Shown here piece by piece: positions 40,901 to 54,557 of a DNA stretch of 64,000 nucleotides (positions within the stretch are counted from its first letter, which is position 1; each line of letters opens with the position of its first letter). The notes beneath the pieces are model-generated. The model saw only the letters and a program-made list of their open reading frames with translations, searched no databases and was not told the origin of the DNA. The stretch is taken from assembly GCF_018977255.1 (NCBI RefSeq), contig NW_024704801.1, forward strand, positions 62,001 through 126,000, written 5' to 3'. Made by a program: the position numbers and the translations under genes. This DNA is from Callorhinchus milii (taxonomy: Eukaryota).

Positions 40901-41502
40901 AACCCACAACCTGCTGACTCGCCCCGAGATGGTGGCTTTGTTGACCTGTCGGGTTGTAACATGGTGGAACTGTCGAGTGTGTGAAGCTTCCAGTTTTTGA
41001 GACAGGAACTTTTTAATAATTAATCCTTGTGATCTTTGCATTTGAGGCAGTGCCTCGTCACGTGGTCGAGACGTCTCGAAGCACTTCACAGGAGACAGTG
41101 TAGTGACTGTGCATTTTGTACTCTGAAAACAGACTAGCCACAAAGCCGTGTGTGTGTGTGTGTTTGTGTGTATAAATGTGTGTGAGTGGAGGGAGTGTGA
41201 TGAACTGGGAACCATCTCTGTATAAAGTTCACTTAATATACAGTGTGTGCTTGTGTGAGTGAGCGAGAGGTAGACAGCTGCAGGGAAACCAGTTAGCCGA
41301 GCCTGAGAGGCAGAGAAGGATCGTGGACTGAGATCCAGAGCAGACAAGGGACATAGGGAAGGCAGAGAACAGAGAGCGTCCAATCTGCTGAAATCGATGC
41401 CTGCAGGCCTTTCTTGACAGATGATTTTCCCGCTCAGTTCTGGTCCACGTCCCCCCCAGTGTCCAGCCACTGCTGAACGTTCCCTGTGGAGACAGCCTGC
41501 GT

Positions 41503-44500
41503 CTAGGGCTCCATGACTTGGCCAGAGAACAACACAGCGCCTGGAAAACAGAGTCAGCAACATTCAAACTAAAACCCAACTCTTATTCAGCGTCACATCA
41601 TCATAATAATGATAATCCTTCAATGGATACCATGATTTTCACGTCAAGAGGACGTCTCAAAGCGCTTCATAGGAACAGGAGGAGGCCATTCAGCCCCTCG
41701 AGCCTGTTCTGCCATCCTATAAGATCGTGGCTGATCTGTACCTCAACTCCATTTACCCGTCTTTGCCCCGTATCCCTTGATACCCTGACGTAACAAACAT
41801 CTACCCACCTCAGTCTGGATAGAATTCACTATAAAGTGTTTTGTGTAGTGACTGAGTGTTTTGTGGGTGAATGCGGCAGCCAGTTTGCGCACAGTGACGT
41901 CCCCACAAACAGCTGTGAAGTGACTGAGTGAGTTGTTCTCTGTAGGGAAGCGAGTGTGTCTGGCGCAAGCTTACGATGTGGGGAACAGCTCTGTGAGGTG
42001 TTAGCGTTTCTCACCTGTGGGGTTGTGTCTGATGAAGAAGAGGAACGGTCTGTCCAGCACCACTTCCAAAGGAGCCATCCGTGCGTATAGGATAGCAGCT
42101 GGGAAAGAGGGGAAACAGCATCAAGATCAGTCCTGAAATAGTCCTTTACCCCCTGACAAGGGCCCTCACCTCTGTCTGCCCACACGAAGGAGAGGATAGA
42201 GAGGAACAGAGGCTTAGACAAGCTCAGGCTCTACAGGGTTCAACAACAACAACTTGGATTATATACCCCGTCTTTCACCAGTCACTGGGGGCAGGGAATC
42301 CTTCCTCTCAACTCCTGTTAATCCTAAAGCCAAAGCTCTAACTAATTAACTAACTAACTAACTAACTAACGGGGAGGGTGGCCATAGCTGGACAAGCATT
42401 GGGAAAACTTGGGCAGACAAGCTATGTGTGGGTTTAGCTGGTTAGACTCCAGCAGTGACCTCAACGCACACTCTGGGCTCCCCCCAAGCCTTGGCTCTCC
42501 CCCAACCTGCGCCTAATACTCTGCGGAATTAGGCGAGCAGGGGGCATCCCTCCAACGAGAGAGAGGGAGAGCATTCCATGCCTGGGCAGCACTTACCGGT
42601 AGCAGATGAAGCCTTGGTTCCACTTTCGTTCACCTCCACCCTCACTTTCTGTAGTGCTTTTGACACAAAAAGTCCTTCAGTTTCTGTCGGGGGAGAGAGA
42701 GAGAGAGAGGGTCAGGCAGTGAGGGTCTGGGTCTACTCTGCAATCCAATCCCAAGCCTCTGCAAAGCTGAGCCTACAGCCCAGGCAGCGACCAGAGATCA
42801 GGACACATCATTTTCTAGCCTCCGCTGTTACACACAGCGACGTTCACATCAGGAGGACGTCTCAAAGCGCTTCACAGGATACACTGCAAAGTGTAGTGAC
42901 TGTGTGTTTTGTGGGCAAAACGCGGCAGACGATTTGCGCCCAGTGGGTCTGACAAACAGCCAACAGCCCCGCGGGGGATCTTTAAATTCCGGCTGAACAG
43001 GGTACAGACCAGGAGGGAGTGAGTGACGTTTAACGTCTCACTGGAAGGATGTGACTTTAGCAAAAACAAATCCCGAGGAGGTTGTGGACGGACTTACTGC
43101 TGATCTCAGCAAAGTTGGCTTTCCCAATGTCAAACATGTCAGTCACTCCCATTTCCCGCAGTGAAGCCTTGAGATCAGTCTCGCTCTCCAGGGAAAACCT
43201 GCAACATACAGAGACCGTTAGCCCTCACACAGACACACACACACACACCCCAGCTCACACCTCACACACACCCCAGCTCACACCTCGCACACACCCCAGC
43301 TCACACCTCGCACACACACACACCCCAGCTCACACCTCGCACACACACACACAGACACACTCATGTACCTGGGGAGGACTAGTTGGCGTGTGACACGCTT
43401 CATGCTTTGAGTCCAGGTGGTGATGAGGTGGGAGGTGAGGATGTTTGTGATGGTGGAGAGTGGCTCCCGGCGACGGCATGGTGCGGCCAGCAGCATACTG
43501 AGTCTCTCGTCCCCATAGGGCAGCTCCACCACATCATAATATACCCCCCCCGGGCTGACAAACTCCCCTAGAGAGGACAGGAGAGGAGAGGGTGTCAGTG
43601 AGAAGAACCCAACCTACCCCAATCCCCAACCCCACAGCCCCATCCCCCACACCCCCTGTCAACAAGAGGAGAAATTTGTGGAGTTTTGTGTGTGTGGGAG
43701 GGGGAGGTGTATATGTGTGTGTGTGTGGTGGGGGGGTCGGGGGGGAGATGTATGTGTGTGGGGGGGGGTACACAGTTGTGCGGCTCAGACTCACCGACAT
43801 TGAGCTGTGCTGTTTGCATCATCATAGTCACAGCGACGTCACTGCCGTCTTCCCGGTGAAACGCCCGCACGTGGGTTCCCTCCTCGGGGAATGGCAGCTT
43901 CCAAACCCCCTTAAAGTACAGAGCGTTTCCCAGCACCATCCGTGTTAGCCCAGAGTTCAGCATTCCCGGCTTCAGGAAATCCACGATCATATCTGGGGCA
44001 GCATAGAGCACAGTCACATTCCCGCACCACCAGCCCAGCCCCAACCAGAGTGTCACACACCCACCCTTACAGCTCCCTCTACACTGTCCGTCCGTCCAAA
44101 CTCCCAGGTCAGGATAAGACACACAGTAAAGCTCCCTCTACACTGTGTGTCCACACTCCCAGGTCAGGGTTAGAGACACAGTAAAGCTCCTCTACACTGT
44201 GTGTCCACACTCCCAGGTCAGGGTTAGAGACACAGTAAAGCTCCCTCTACGCTGTGCGTCTGTCCATATTCCCAGGTCAAGGTTAGCGACGCGAGGGGAG
44301 CTGTGTAAACACTAGTTGTTGTTGTTATTATTGTTGGTGTCCTCACCTCTAGTCTGGGCTTGGACCCACTTGTTGATGATGTGAGTGGCCAGCTTGGGAT
44401 TCTGGAAGAAGACTTGCTTTGGGCGGCTGTGGAAAGCCCGGCGGCAGCTCTTGACAAAGCCTCTGGTCAGCGTCATGTTTCTCTGGATGAACATGGCGTT

Positions 44501-45501
44501 GGCCGAGTGCACGATGTCCTGGTTAGATTTGGCCGTGATGTCCTTCTGTAGCTGCCTGATGGCAGTGGGGATGCCTTGCTCTGGAGATGGGCAGAGAGAG
44601 AGAGAAAGGGAGAGAGGGAGAGCAAAGCAGTTAATGGGAGGAACAAACACCAGCCTGGCACAGCCGGTGATGACCATGTCACCGGGTTCAGCCCTGAGGA
44701 GACACCATTTCTCTGTTGGACATGATTCTGAGCTGAGCTGAGAGTGCAATGTGGACAATAGCTGAGACTTGTGCAGTTCCCACAGTCTGCCACCAGGCGT
44801 CCTCGGTTAGCTGTGTAAATGTGCCTGTGGGTGAGTTTAACTCCATAATAATAGTAATGATCTAATAATAGTAATAATAATAGTAATAATAATAATCCTG
44901 GCATTTGATCCGGCGCCTCATCACGTCCTCCAGACGTCCCAAAGCGCTTCACAGAATACACTGTAAAGTGTAGTGTAGTGACTGTATATTTTGTGGGCGA
45001 AACGAGGCAGCCGATTGCGCCCGGCGACGTCCCCACAAACCATGGCTTGAAGTGATCAAGTGGAGACCTGTAGCTCAGTGGTTAGAGCACTCGCTTTGCA
45101 AGAGAGAGAGTTCAATTCCAGGCAGAGGGCGAAACCTCGGGCAAGTTTCCTTACTCCACACAGAGCCTAATAATAATCCTCCAAAACAAAACAATAATAA
45201 ATTGGTCATTTTTAATCTACGACTGTTTGTGGGACATTGCTGTGCGCAATTGGCTGCCGCGTTCGCCCACAAATATACAGTCAATTCACTTTACAGTGTG
45301 TTCTGTGAAGCGCTTTGGGACGTCCTCCCGACGTGAAAAGCGCTATATCAAATGCAAGGATTATTATTCAGGATTATTATTATTATCAAATTATTATTAT
45401 TTTTTTAAGGGATTTTTACTTCCCTGTAGATGGAGCTTTACGTACAGTGCGTGCATATGTGTGAGAGAGAGAGACACACACAGTAATATAGAGACGTGCA
45501 C

Positions 45502-45588
<87 letters not shown>

Positions 45589-45897
45589 GGGTAAGATCCT
45601 GTGGGGTCTGTGGTTATATTCACCCCTCGTGGGCTCACCTTGCAGCTTGTAGCCCATGACATCCTGGAGCTGCTCCAGGGTGTGGCCCGAGGCTCCCAGC
45701 TGGACCATTCCCATCAGCGAGGACATTCCATAGGGGGAGAAGAGAACATTCCGGTCCCCGTTCGCCTGCAGGATCTCCTGGAAAACCCTCATCCCGAAAT
45801 CCGTGGCCAGCTCCGACACCCGAGCATTGCTGGCCCTCGAGCAGGAGGAGGCGAGGACCAGCAGCACACACACCAGGGCCGTCGTCCTAATCATCAT
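41503..45897 (-). CDS. SERPINE1: Plasminogen activator inhibitor 1 (serpin E1), 399 aa
   Basis: Eight coding exons 45897-45639, 44580-44347, 43992-43795, 43567-43369, 43198-43098, 42683-42597, 42098-42015 and 41540-41503, all GT-AG, 1200 nt in frame. Reactive loop [23 protein letters not shown] has the PAI-1 Arg-Met P1-P1'; DRPFLF motif; ends GQVMEP*; adjacent to AP1S1. Confidence 0.95.
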
Positions 45898-47888
45898 CGG
45901 CCTGGACAACAACAACAACAACAGCATTTACACAGCGCCCTTCACCCAGAGCTCTTCACTGAGCTGCAGACTGACCCCGACCCAAGGGGAGAGGAGGGGG
46001 TTGAGGGGGAAGGTGACCGTCCATCAAAAAAGGAAGGTCTTTAGGCGGGATTTGAAGGATAAACAGGAAGCCTGGAGCCGGTTCAATGTGTGATCACATC
46101 AACAGAAGTCGCAGCGATTTCACACAGAGAGTTGAGTGTAGTGACTGTTATTGTGGACATTAAGATTTGTAACTATGGGTTTGCTCTGACTCTGAGTGTG
46201 TGTGCGTGTGTATGACTGTGTGTATAATGTCTCTCTCACTGTATATGTTTCTCTCTCTCTCTCTCTTTGGACGTGTATATTGTATTGGATGTTCGGGCGC
46301 ACATTAAAGATCTCCCGGAGTTTCTCTCTCTCTCTCCGATATCCTGGATCGACAATCCCCCCGATAAAATCACTCGCTCACTTCACAGTTATTTGCAGGG
46401 ATGTTGCTGTGCAAATCGGCTGCCGTGTTTCGTCCACAAAACAGTCACTACACTTTACATTAAAAATCCTGTGCAGCACTTTGAGACACCCTCCTGACAT
46501 AAAAGGCACTGGATCAAAGTCACAAGATTTATTATTATTACTAAACTAGACACAGCGCTGCACTGGAACATCAGCCTGGACCGTGAGCTCAAAGCCCCCG
46601 ACATGTGTCGGGCTCAAACCCACAACCTCCTGACTCACAGGGGAGGGAGCGTGGGACTGAGAGGCAATTCATGCGGATCAAAGGGATTTCATAGTTAGTC
46701 TGTTTCAGCGCGAGATCGAGGCAGTCACCAACACTAAACTCTCGGTTTTGTCCTTTAGGATTTGACAATTCCCAATCCCACTGCCACCACCAGCGAAGCT
46801 CCAGCTCACGCTAGTCGGACGTCAAACTACCAACCAGTGACTGTCCTCCTGGGGAGGAGGTAAGTGGAGACGCCTGAACTGGCCCCAAAGTGACCCAAAT
46901 GACGGAATCGGTCCAACCCACTGTGACGGTCTCCAGGCAGGTTCCTGAGCCAGGTGGGTCCACAGTATTCCTGGGAACTCACTGCTGATGGCAGCACAAC
47001 CCGCCCTGGCTCATCAGCACAGCCCAGCCTGGAAGGGCCGACTAGTCACTGGGGGGAGGGAATCCTCCCCCTCAGCTCTTGTTAACCGCGCAGCCAAAGC
47101 CCTCACTAATAATAATAATAAGGGGGGTCCTCGCTGGACAAGCAGCGGTAAAGCTTGGCCAGACAGCGCCTCTCTTTCTCGATGGCCAAGCTCTGCGTGG
47201 GTTTAGCTGGTTAGATCCCAGCAGTTACCCCCCAACTCCCACTCTGGGCTCCCCCCAAAAGCCTTGGCTCTCGCCAACCAACCTGCGCCTAACACTCTCC
47301 GGAATTAGGTAAACAGGGAGGACGTCCCTCCAGGGGGAGAGAGAGAGAATGCGCGCGTTCCATTCCACACTTGAAATTTCCGTGGTCCGTGACCTACAGT
47401 CTGGTTTGGAGAGTCTTAAGCACAGTGATGGTTGTCCAAGTGTGCAGGACACAGAGAGAGAACCCCCCCTTCTCTTTGCCCCCACCCCCGACAACTTCGT
47501 GTGAGATCTTTAATGTCTGCCCTGAACGAGGCACAGACGGGAGAGTGAGCGATGCTTAACGTCTCAGCTGAAGGACGGCATCTCCAACAATGCAGTGTTC
47601 TCTCCCTCTTTCTCTCTCTGCCTCTTGCTCTCTCTCTCTCTACCACCCCCCCACTCCCACCCCCTCCAGGGTTGAACTGGAACGTCAACAACAACTTGCA
47701 ATTATATAGCACTCCCTCACACAGGGTAGCGTCCCAGAGCGTCAAAGCTGTGAGCGCAAAGCTGCGAGGCAACACTGCAGTGTCGATGGTCCGATGGGGG
47801 CAGCAGCGATGGACAAGGTGAGGCACAGAGAGAGAGAGCAACAGCGCACACAGCGCGTAAATGCAAAGGCTTTCGATGACTTACTTAC

Positions 47889-48112
47889 CTCTTAACAGCT
47901 TATCACTGATTGAAAGTTAAGTTCAAGTGAGATGAGTGGCTGCAGTAGAAGTGTTGTTGTCGTGTTGTGTTCTGCTCTCTCTCCTGTTCTTAACTGCTTT
48001 CTCCCCCTCCTCAGCCTCTTATATACATATCCCAGCGGAAGCTGAAGCTGAGTAAATCCCCCCCCACCCCCCCCCTCCACCCACTGTCAACAAGCCCACA
48101 CAGGGTTTTCCC
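47889..48112 (-). promoter_or_regulatory. SERPINE1: SERPINE1 non-coding exon 1 and core promoter
   Basis: Donor GAG|GTAAGT at 47889/47888; TATATAA on the minus strand at 48019-48025; AP-1-like TGAGTAA ~48050; G/C boxes 48058-48082; NF-kB-like GGGAAAACCC at 48103-48112. Confidence 0.6.
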
Positions 48113-51100
48113 AATATTAAACCTCAAGAGCCACAGGAACCAGCCCAAGTTAACCCGTTCACCCCCACATGCCAGGCAGCTCACATTCACTTTGTCTCTG
48201 CAACAGAGCCCAATATTAATAATAACAATAATAATAATCCTGGCATTTGATACCACGCCTTATCTTGTCTTCCAGGCATCTCAAAGCGCTTCACAGGATA
48301 CGCTGTAAAGTGTAGTGACTGTGTGTTTTGTGGGCAGCCAATTGCACCCAGCGACGTCCCACAAACACGTTGAGCGACCAAATTATCATTATTTATTATT
48401 TATTTTTGAAGCGATTATTATTCCAGGAAAAGCGATCTGTCAATTGACTTAACAAGCAAGTTCCAATTTACTGCTTGGTAAACAGAGGCATGTATCTGGA
48501 GTAAGGAAACTTGCCCAATGTTTCGCCCGCCCAGGAAAAATAATAATAATAATAACAATAATAATTCTTGCCTCTGATACAGCGCCTTATCTTGTCGTCT
48601 CGTGTTGTAACCACTAAGCTACAGGACGCCACACACAGTGGGCGAGTCCTGCCTCCGGTGGTGCAATGCGCTGGGCTCAGGAATAGCTTCCCATCGGAAG
48701 CGGGTGGTGTGGAGGCCGGACACACGTGGGAAGCAGTGCCGGGGTTTGGGATTCTGCTTGGACCCGGTCTGTGAACAAGTGACATGCGCCAGGGTCAATG
48801 TCTCTTTCACACTCTCTCTCTCTCTCTTTCTGTCATCCTCTTCTCCGTATCTGTGTGCGTGTATGTGTGTGCGATTGTGTGTGCGTGTGCCTGGTTGCCT
48901 GTTTGCATGTGTGGGGTCACAGCTGAGCCTGATCCTATATTCACCCAACATCCCCCCTCCCTCCACATGCATGCACATACACACAGACACACGCACAGAC
49001 ANNNNNNNNNNNNNNNNNNNNNNNNNNNNNNNNNNNNNNNNNNNNNNNNNNNNNNNNNNNNNNNNNNNNNNNNNNNNNNNNNNNNNNNNNNNNNNNNNNN
49101 NNNNNNNNNNNNNNNNNNNNNNNNNNNNNNATGCACACATAGACACGCACACACAGAGACACACACATGTGCACACAAATACACACACACAGACACGCGC
49201 ACACACAAACTCACAGACTCACACACACACACATGCAGTCATACAGGTACACACATACACAAACACACACAAACTGAATTCCCGGAGTGGATAAGATAAA
49301 CATAAGTCAATGAGCTGCGAGACAGGACAAACATGAACACAACCCAGACAGACACGTCTGAACAACCAGACAAGGGTGACTAAGCGGGTCACAGCTGGAC
49401 ACCGCCAGATAAACACTCCTCGAGGCCCTGCCTCGCCCTCACCCTCGCCCTCACCTCATATACGTGGGAGACTCAACAAATTCCTGCCACTATCACATTC
49501 AGTGCCAGCCAGGCTCTGTGTGCACGTGTGTGTGCGTGTTAGCCTGGCTTTGTGTGTGTTTGTGTGTGTGTGTGCATGTCAGCCTGGCTCAGTGTGCGTT
49601 CGCCCACAAAACACACAGTCACTACACTTTACAGAGTATCCTGTGAAGCGCTTTGAGACGTCCTCCTGACGTGAAAGGCGCTGTGTTATTTGAGCTCTTG
49701 GCTGGGATGTTGGGGGGTGTTGGGGGAGAGGAGAAACCAATAACACAACAGGCACTAGGACTGATGGAAAGCTCCCGGCTGGAAACTGATTCAAAGCGTT
49801 CCTGCTCTGTTCCTGATCCGAGGAGCGGCAGGGAATTGGGAGCGTAGGATACCATTTATGGAGAGAGAGAGAAAGAGAGAAACTTTTGCAAACACGTGTA
49901 ACGATAGCAACGGAAACAAAGCCGCATTTAAAGGGACGACAAGTCTGGTTCTCTCTCGGCAGGGATCAGACTGAAGGGAAAAGCTACAGACTCACAATCC
50001 ACAAACCTCACTCACTCAATCCCCTCCCTGTCTGTGCCCTGTTAAAGATCTCCCGCCGCGCTTTTGGGGAAAAGAGAAGGAAGTTTCTCTCTCCCCCCAC
50101 TCCCCGGGGTTCTGGCCAACAATCCCCCCCACCCAGATAAACTCGCTGGCTCGCTTCACAGCTGTTTGTGGGGACATCACTGTGCGCAAATCAGCTGCTG
50201 CGTAACACACAGTCACTACAGTCACTTTACCGTGAATCCTGCAAAGCGCTTTGACGTGAAAGGCGCGGTGTCAACTGAAAGGATCATCATTATTATTAAA
50301 AATAAGCAAATAATTACTATTAATAATAACGTAAAGGCAGTTTATAATTATATGCTACGTGGGATCAAACACTCGCTCTTATCCACGAGGCCTGTGTGTG
50401 CTTGAGTGATCAGGAAGGAATTCTCATCAACCCCAAACTCCCAGTGTGTGTCCAAGTAGCTCAGTGATTAGAGCCCTTGCCTCGCCTCACAAGCGAGGGG
50501 ATCTGGTTTCGATATCCAGGAAGGTGAGGTCAGGACAAAACGTTGGGCAAGATTCCTTACTCCACACACTGACACACACCCACACACACCGACACACACA
50601 CACATGCGCACTCACACCAGCAGTCAGTAGGAACCCGCTTGTAGGTCACTTGGTGGATTGCTTTTCCAGGAGTAAGAATTCCCCGCACCCCAACCCCCCA
50701 CTCCAAAAAAAATGTGGTCACTCAATCTTTGTGGGGACGTCGCTGCCGCGTTTCGTCCACAAAGCACACCCACAGTCACCACACTTTACAGTGTATCCTG
50801 TGAAGCGCTTTGAGACGTCTACGAAGATGCGATAAGGCTTTGGGTCAGATGCAAAGATTATTATTGTTATTCACACCATCAGCTCAGGAATGCACTAGTC
50901 ATTGTGTATTGGCTCAGTGTTACAGGACAAATAGTTTTACTCTCTCTCTCTCACACATCACTTGAAACACTCACTCTCCAAATAGTTCTCCAATTCCCTT
51001 GAGAATCTGATCACAACCCACTCTCCCGCCTCCTCCACATTCTCACAGTCTGAGTCAGGAGGTTGTGGGTTTGAGCCCCCAACATGTGGGGGTCTCTGAG

Positions 51101-51144
51101 CTCCAGTGCAGCGCTGGGGGGAGGGAGAGAGAGAGGGGGGGGAA

Positions 51145-52110
51145 TGATGTAAGGTGTGATGGTGGGCGTGTGAGGGGTGATGGTGGGTGTGTGAGGGGTG
51201 ATGGTGGGCGTGTGTGGGGTGATGGTGGGCGTGTGAGGGGTGATGGTGGGTGTGTGAGGGGTGATGGTGGATATGTGTGTGGGGTGATGGTGTGGTGTCA
51301 GGGGTGATGGTGGGTGAGGGGGTACGTGTTCACACTAGACTGGCCCCAGGGGTAGTGGGAGGTTAGTGAATGGATCTCTCTGTGTCACACACACAGCAGC
51401 TATTTCCGACATGTCACTGCTTAAAGGATTCGTAATTGGGAGAGAATAGAGACATCCTATGACTCACAGTGGAGCAGAGTGGACCAACACTGCTCATCAC
51501 CCTGTCTCACCCTCACCCTCACCCTCACCCTCACAACAGCTCAGCCTGTCTCACCCTCACCCTCACCCTCACAACAGCTCAGCCTGTCTCACCCTCACCC
51601 TCACAGCAGCTCAGCCTGTCTCACCCTCACCCTCACCCTCACAACAGCTCAGCCTGTCTCACCCTCACCCTCACCCTCACAACAGCTCAGCCTGTCTCAC
51701 CCTCACCCTCACAACAGCTCAGCCTGTCTCACCCTCACCCTCACCCTCACAACAGCTCAGCCTGTCTCACCCTCACCCTCACAACAGCTCAGCCTGTCTC
51801 ACCCTCACCCTCACCCTCACAACAGCTCAGCCTGTCTCACCCTCACCCTCACAACAGCCTCCTTGTTTCAAAATCCCTCCTGTGTTTTGGCTCAAGAGAG
51901 TCCCTTGCTCTTCCCTCCCTCCTACACTCTACCTTCCTCACCTCCCTCCCTCCTACACTCTACACTCCTCACCTCCCTCCCTCCTACTCTACCCTCCTCA
52001 CCTCCCTCCCTCCTACACTCTACACTCCTCACCTCCCTCCCTCCTACACTCTACCTTCCTCACCTCCCTCCTTCCTACACTCTACACTCCTCACCTCCCT
52101 CCTCCCTCTC
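51145..52110. repeat. Three adjacent minisatellites
   Basis: 21-bp gtgaggggtgatggtgggcgt (51145-51320); 32/38-bp cctgtctca(ccctca)2-3caacagctcag (51500-51860); ~30-bp cctcacctccctccctcctacactcta (51910-52110). Confidence 0.85.
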
Positions 52111-53054
52111 TTCCTCCCACCCTCCCTTGCTCTTCCCTTCCCCCAGATTCTCAATAGAAACACCAAACGGTAAAAACAACCATGAACAAGTCTCTACAGC
52201 CTGACATCAATCCATCGCGTGACACGCACACACAAGAAGTGATTTTGCTCCCGATCATGTTTCTGGTATGTTCCTCTTATCAAATATCTGCACAAACCAC
52301 CTTATCTTTGGGATATTTCACACTCCTGATAATAATCCCTCACGAAAAAACAATAATAAATTGCTCATTTCAATCCACGTTTGTGGAACAGATACTGCTG
52401 TGTGCAATTGGTGCCGTGTTTCACCCACAAATATACACTCACTACACTTTGCAGTCTATTCTGTGAAGCGCTTTGAGACGTCTCAACGACCTGATAAGGT
52501 GCTGTATCAAATACAAGGATTATTATTATTAGTGACTGTTCGCCTGTGGGAGGGGGGGATGTCTCAAAGTGCTTTTCAGGATTGCAACGTAAAGTGTAGT
52601 GACTGTGTGTTTCACAGCCGAGTTATGCTCAGCGATGAAGTGAACAAGTGATTTTATCGGAGGATGATTGGTCTGAAAGGAAGGTCTTGAGACCGGCCTT
52701 GAAGGAGGCGAGGGAGGGGGGCAAGAGGAAGGAGGGGGCGAGGATGGAGTTCCAGAGCACGGGGGCAGAGAGGCTGAAGGCCTGACCACTGATGAGAAAA
52801 TAGCAATGTCACAGCTTATTGTAATGACCGCGTCGGATGTCAGAGCTGATCTGAGGCTCCCTCACACGGCTTAGCCTTTGACACAGTGAGTTCCAATCAT
52901 GTTGGGATGAATTCAAACAGAAAGGAAAAGTCTCTTTTCTCTTTCCCCGGCAGTGAGTGGGAGATCTTTAACGTCCGACCTAAACAGGGCACAGACAGGG
53001 GAGTGAGTGAAGTTTAATGTCTCATCCAAAGCATGGCATCTTCGACAATGCGTC

Positions 53055-53086
<32 letters not shown>

Positions 53087-54515
53087 ACTTTCGCTCTCTC
53101 TCTCGCTCTCCCTCTCTCCGCAGTGTTGGGCTGGAGCATCAACCTGAACTGTGAGCTCAGACCCACAACGTCCTGACTCAGACGTGAGAGTGCAAGCGAC
53201 CGGCCCAGTGAGAGCTGTAGTTGTTTGTATTCCCCCATCATTCCTCTCCCACTCCCCCACTCCCCCATGAGACACCCAAGACTCATCTGTCCTGTGAGAC
53301 AGACAGACAGTCGTTGCTTGTTGGAACATTGCAGTGACCGTTAGACTGGCCTGGAGCAGTGCCCAGACACTCACTGACTGTCAGCCAGAGCTGACCGCAA
53401 GGCTACGGGGGGACAGTTCTGGACAGAACTCGCTCGGTCTCTTGCCTCTCAGTTTGAGCCCCACGTCAGGGACTCTGAGCTCACATGGGACGCGATGCTG
53501 TGAAGGGGATGGTGGGGAGAGGGAGAGGGGGGGGAGGAGATCAGATGGGCCGAAGGATCCATCTTGTTGGGTGCTTGGAGCCCAGGCCTCCTGACTGTGG
53601 GCTCAAGAACAAGTGACGCAAATCCCAGTGAAATTACATTATTGAAAGCTCTGTGGTTTTGTTCAGAAACTAAATGTGGATTATTTTCTGGCTGCTGTGA
53701 CTCATCTTCTATTTTTGTCCCAAAAAGGCATCTCTCTGCCTCTGCCACCACTTGAGGATTTTGTCGGGAGGAATTAATAATCCTGACCTTCCTTCACGAT
53801 TGAAACGCAGCAGCCGGGCCTGGTCTTATAATAATAATAATCCTGGCATTTGATCTAACGTCTTATCGCATCTTTGAGACGTCTCAAAGCTGTATATTTT
53901 GTAGATGAAACCTGGCAGCCAATTGCACACAGCAGCGTCCCACAAACAGTCATGGATTGAGTGACCAGATTATTATTCTTTTATTACTTTTTTTTAAAGG
54001 GATTATTATCCCTGGAAAAGTGATCCGCCAATCGACTAACGAGCGGGTTCCTACTTACTGCTGATATCAGAGGCGTGTGTGTGTCTGTGTGTGTGTCTGT
54101 GTGTGGGGTCTGTGTGTGTGTAGTAAGGAAACTTGCCCAACTTTTCGCCCTGACCTGACCCGTCGGGAATCGAACCCAGGATCTCTCACTTGCGAGGCGA
54201 GTGTTCTAACCACTGAGCTACAGGGTTCCATGGCTTAGCTGAAGGCTCTCCACTGCCCCCCTCCCCCCTACCCTCCCCCCTACCCTCCCCCCTACCCCAG
54301 CTCGCCAGGCTCCCCTGGCACCATCCTTCCCACCCCCATCACCAGTCGATGTTGGGCTTCCACATGTGTCATACACCCGGCTAAAAAAGTCACGGATTTA
54401 CTATAATTGAGTATTATGTACGTGATCACAGCCACCGATTTACGCACAGCAAAGTCCTGCAAACAGTCATAAGGTCAATGATTAATTTTTCTTATCTGGA
54501 GGATTGTCGGCCAGG

Positions 54516-54557
<42 letters not shown>

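Noticed and set aside
51459-52204. Three overlapping ~235-aa ORFs
   Set aside because: Translations of tandem repeats in all three frames.
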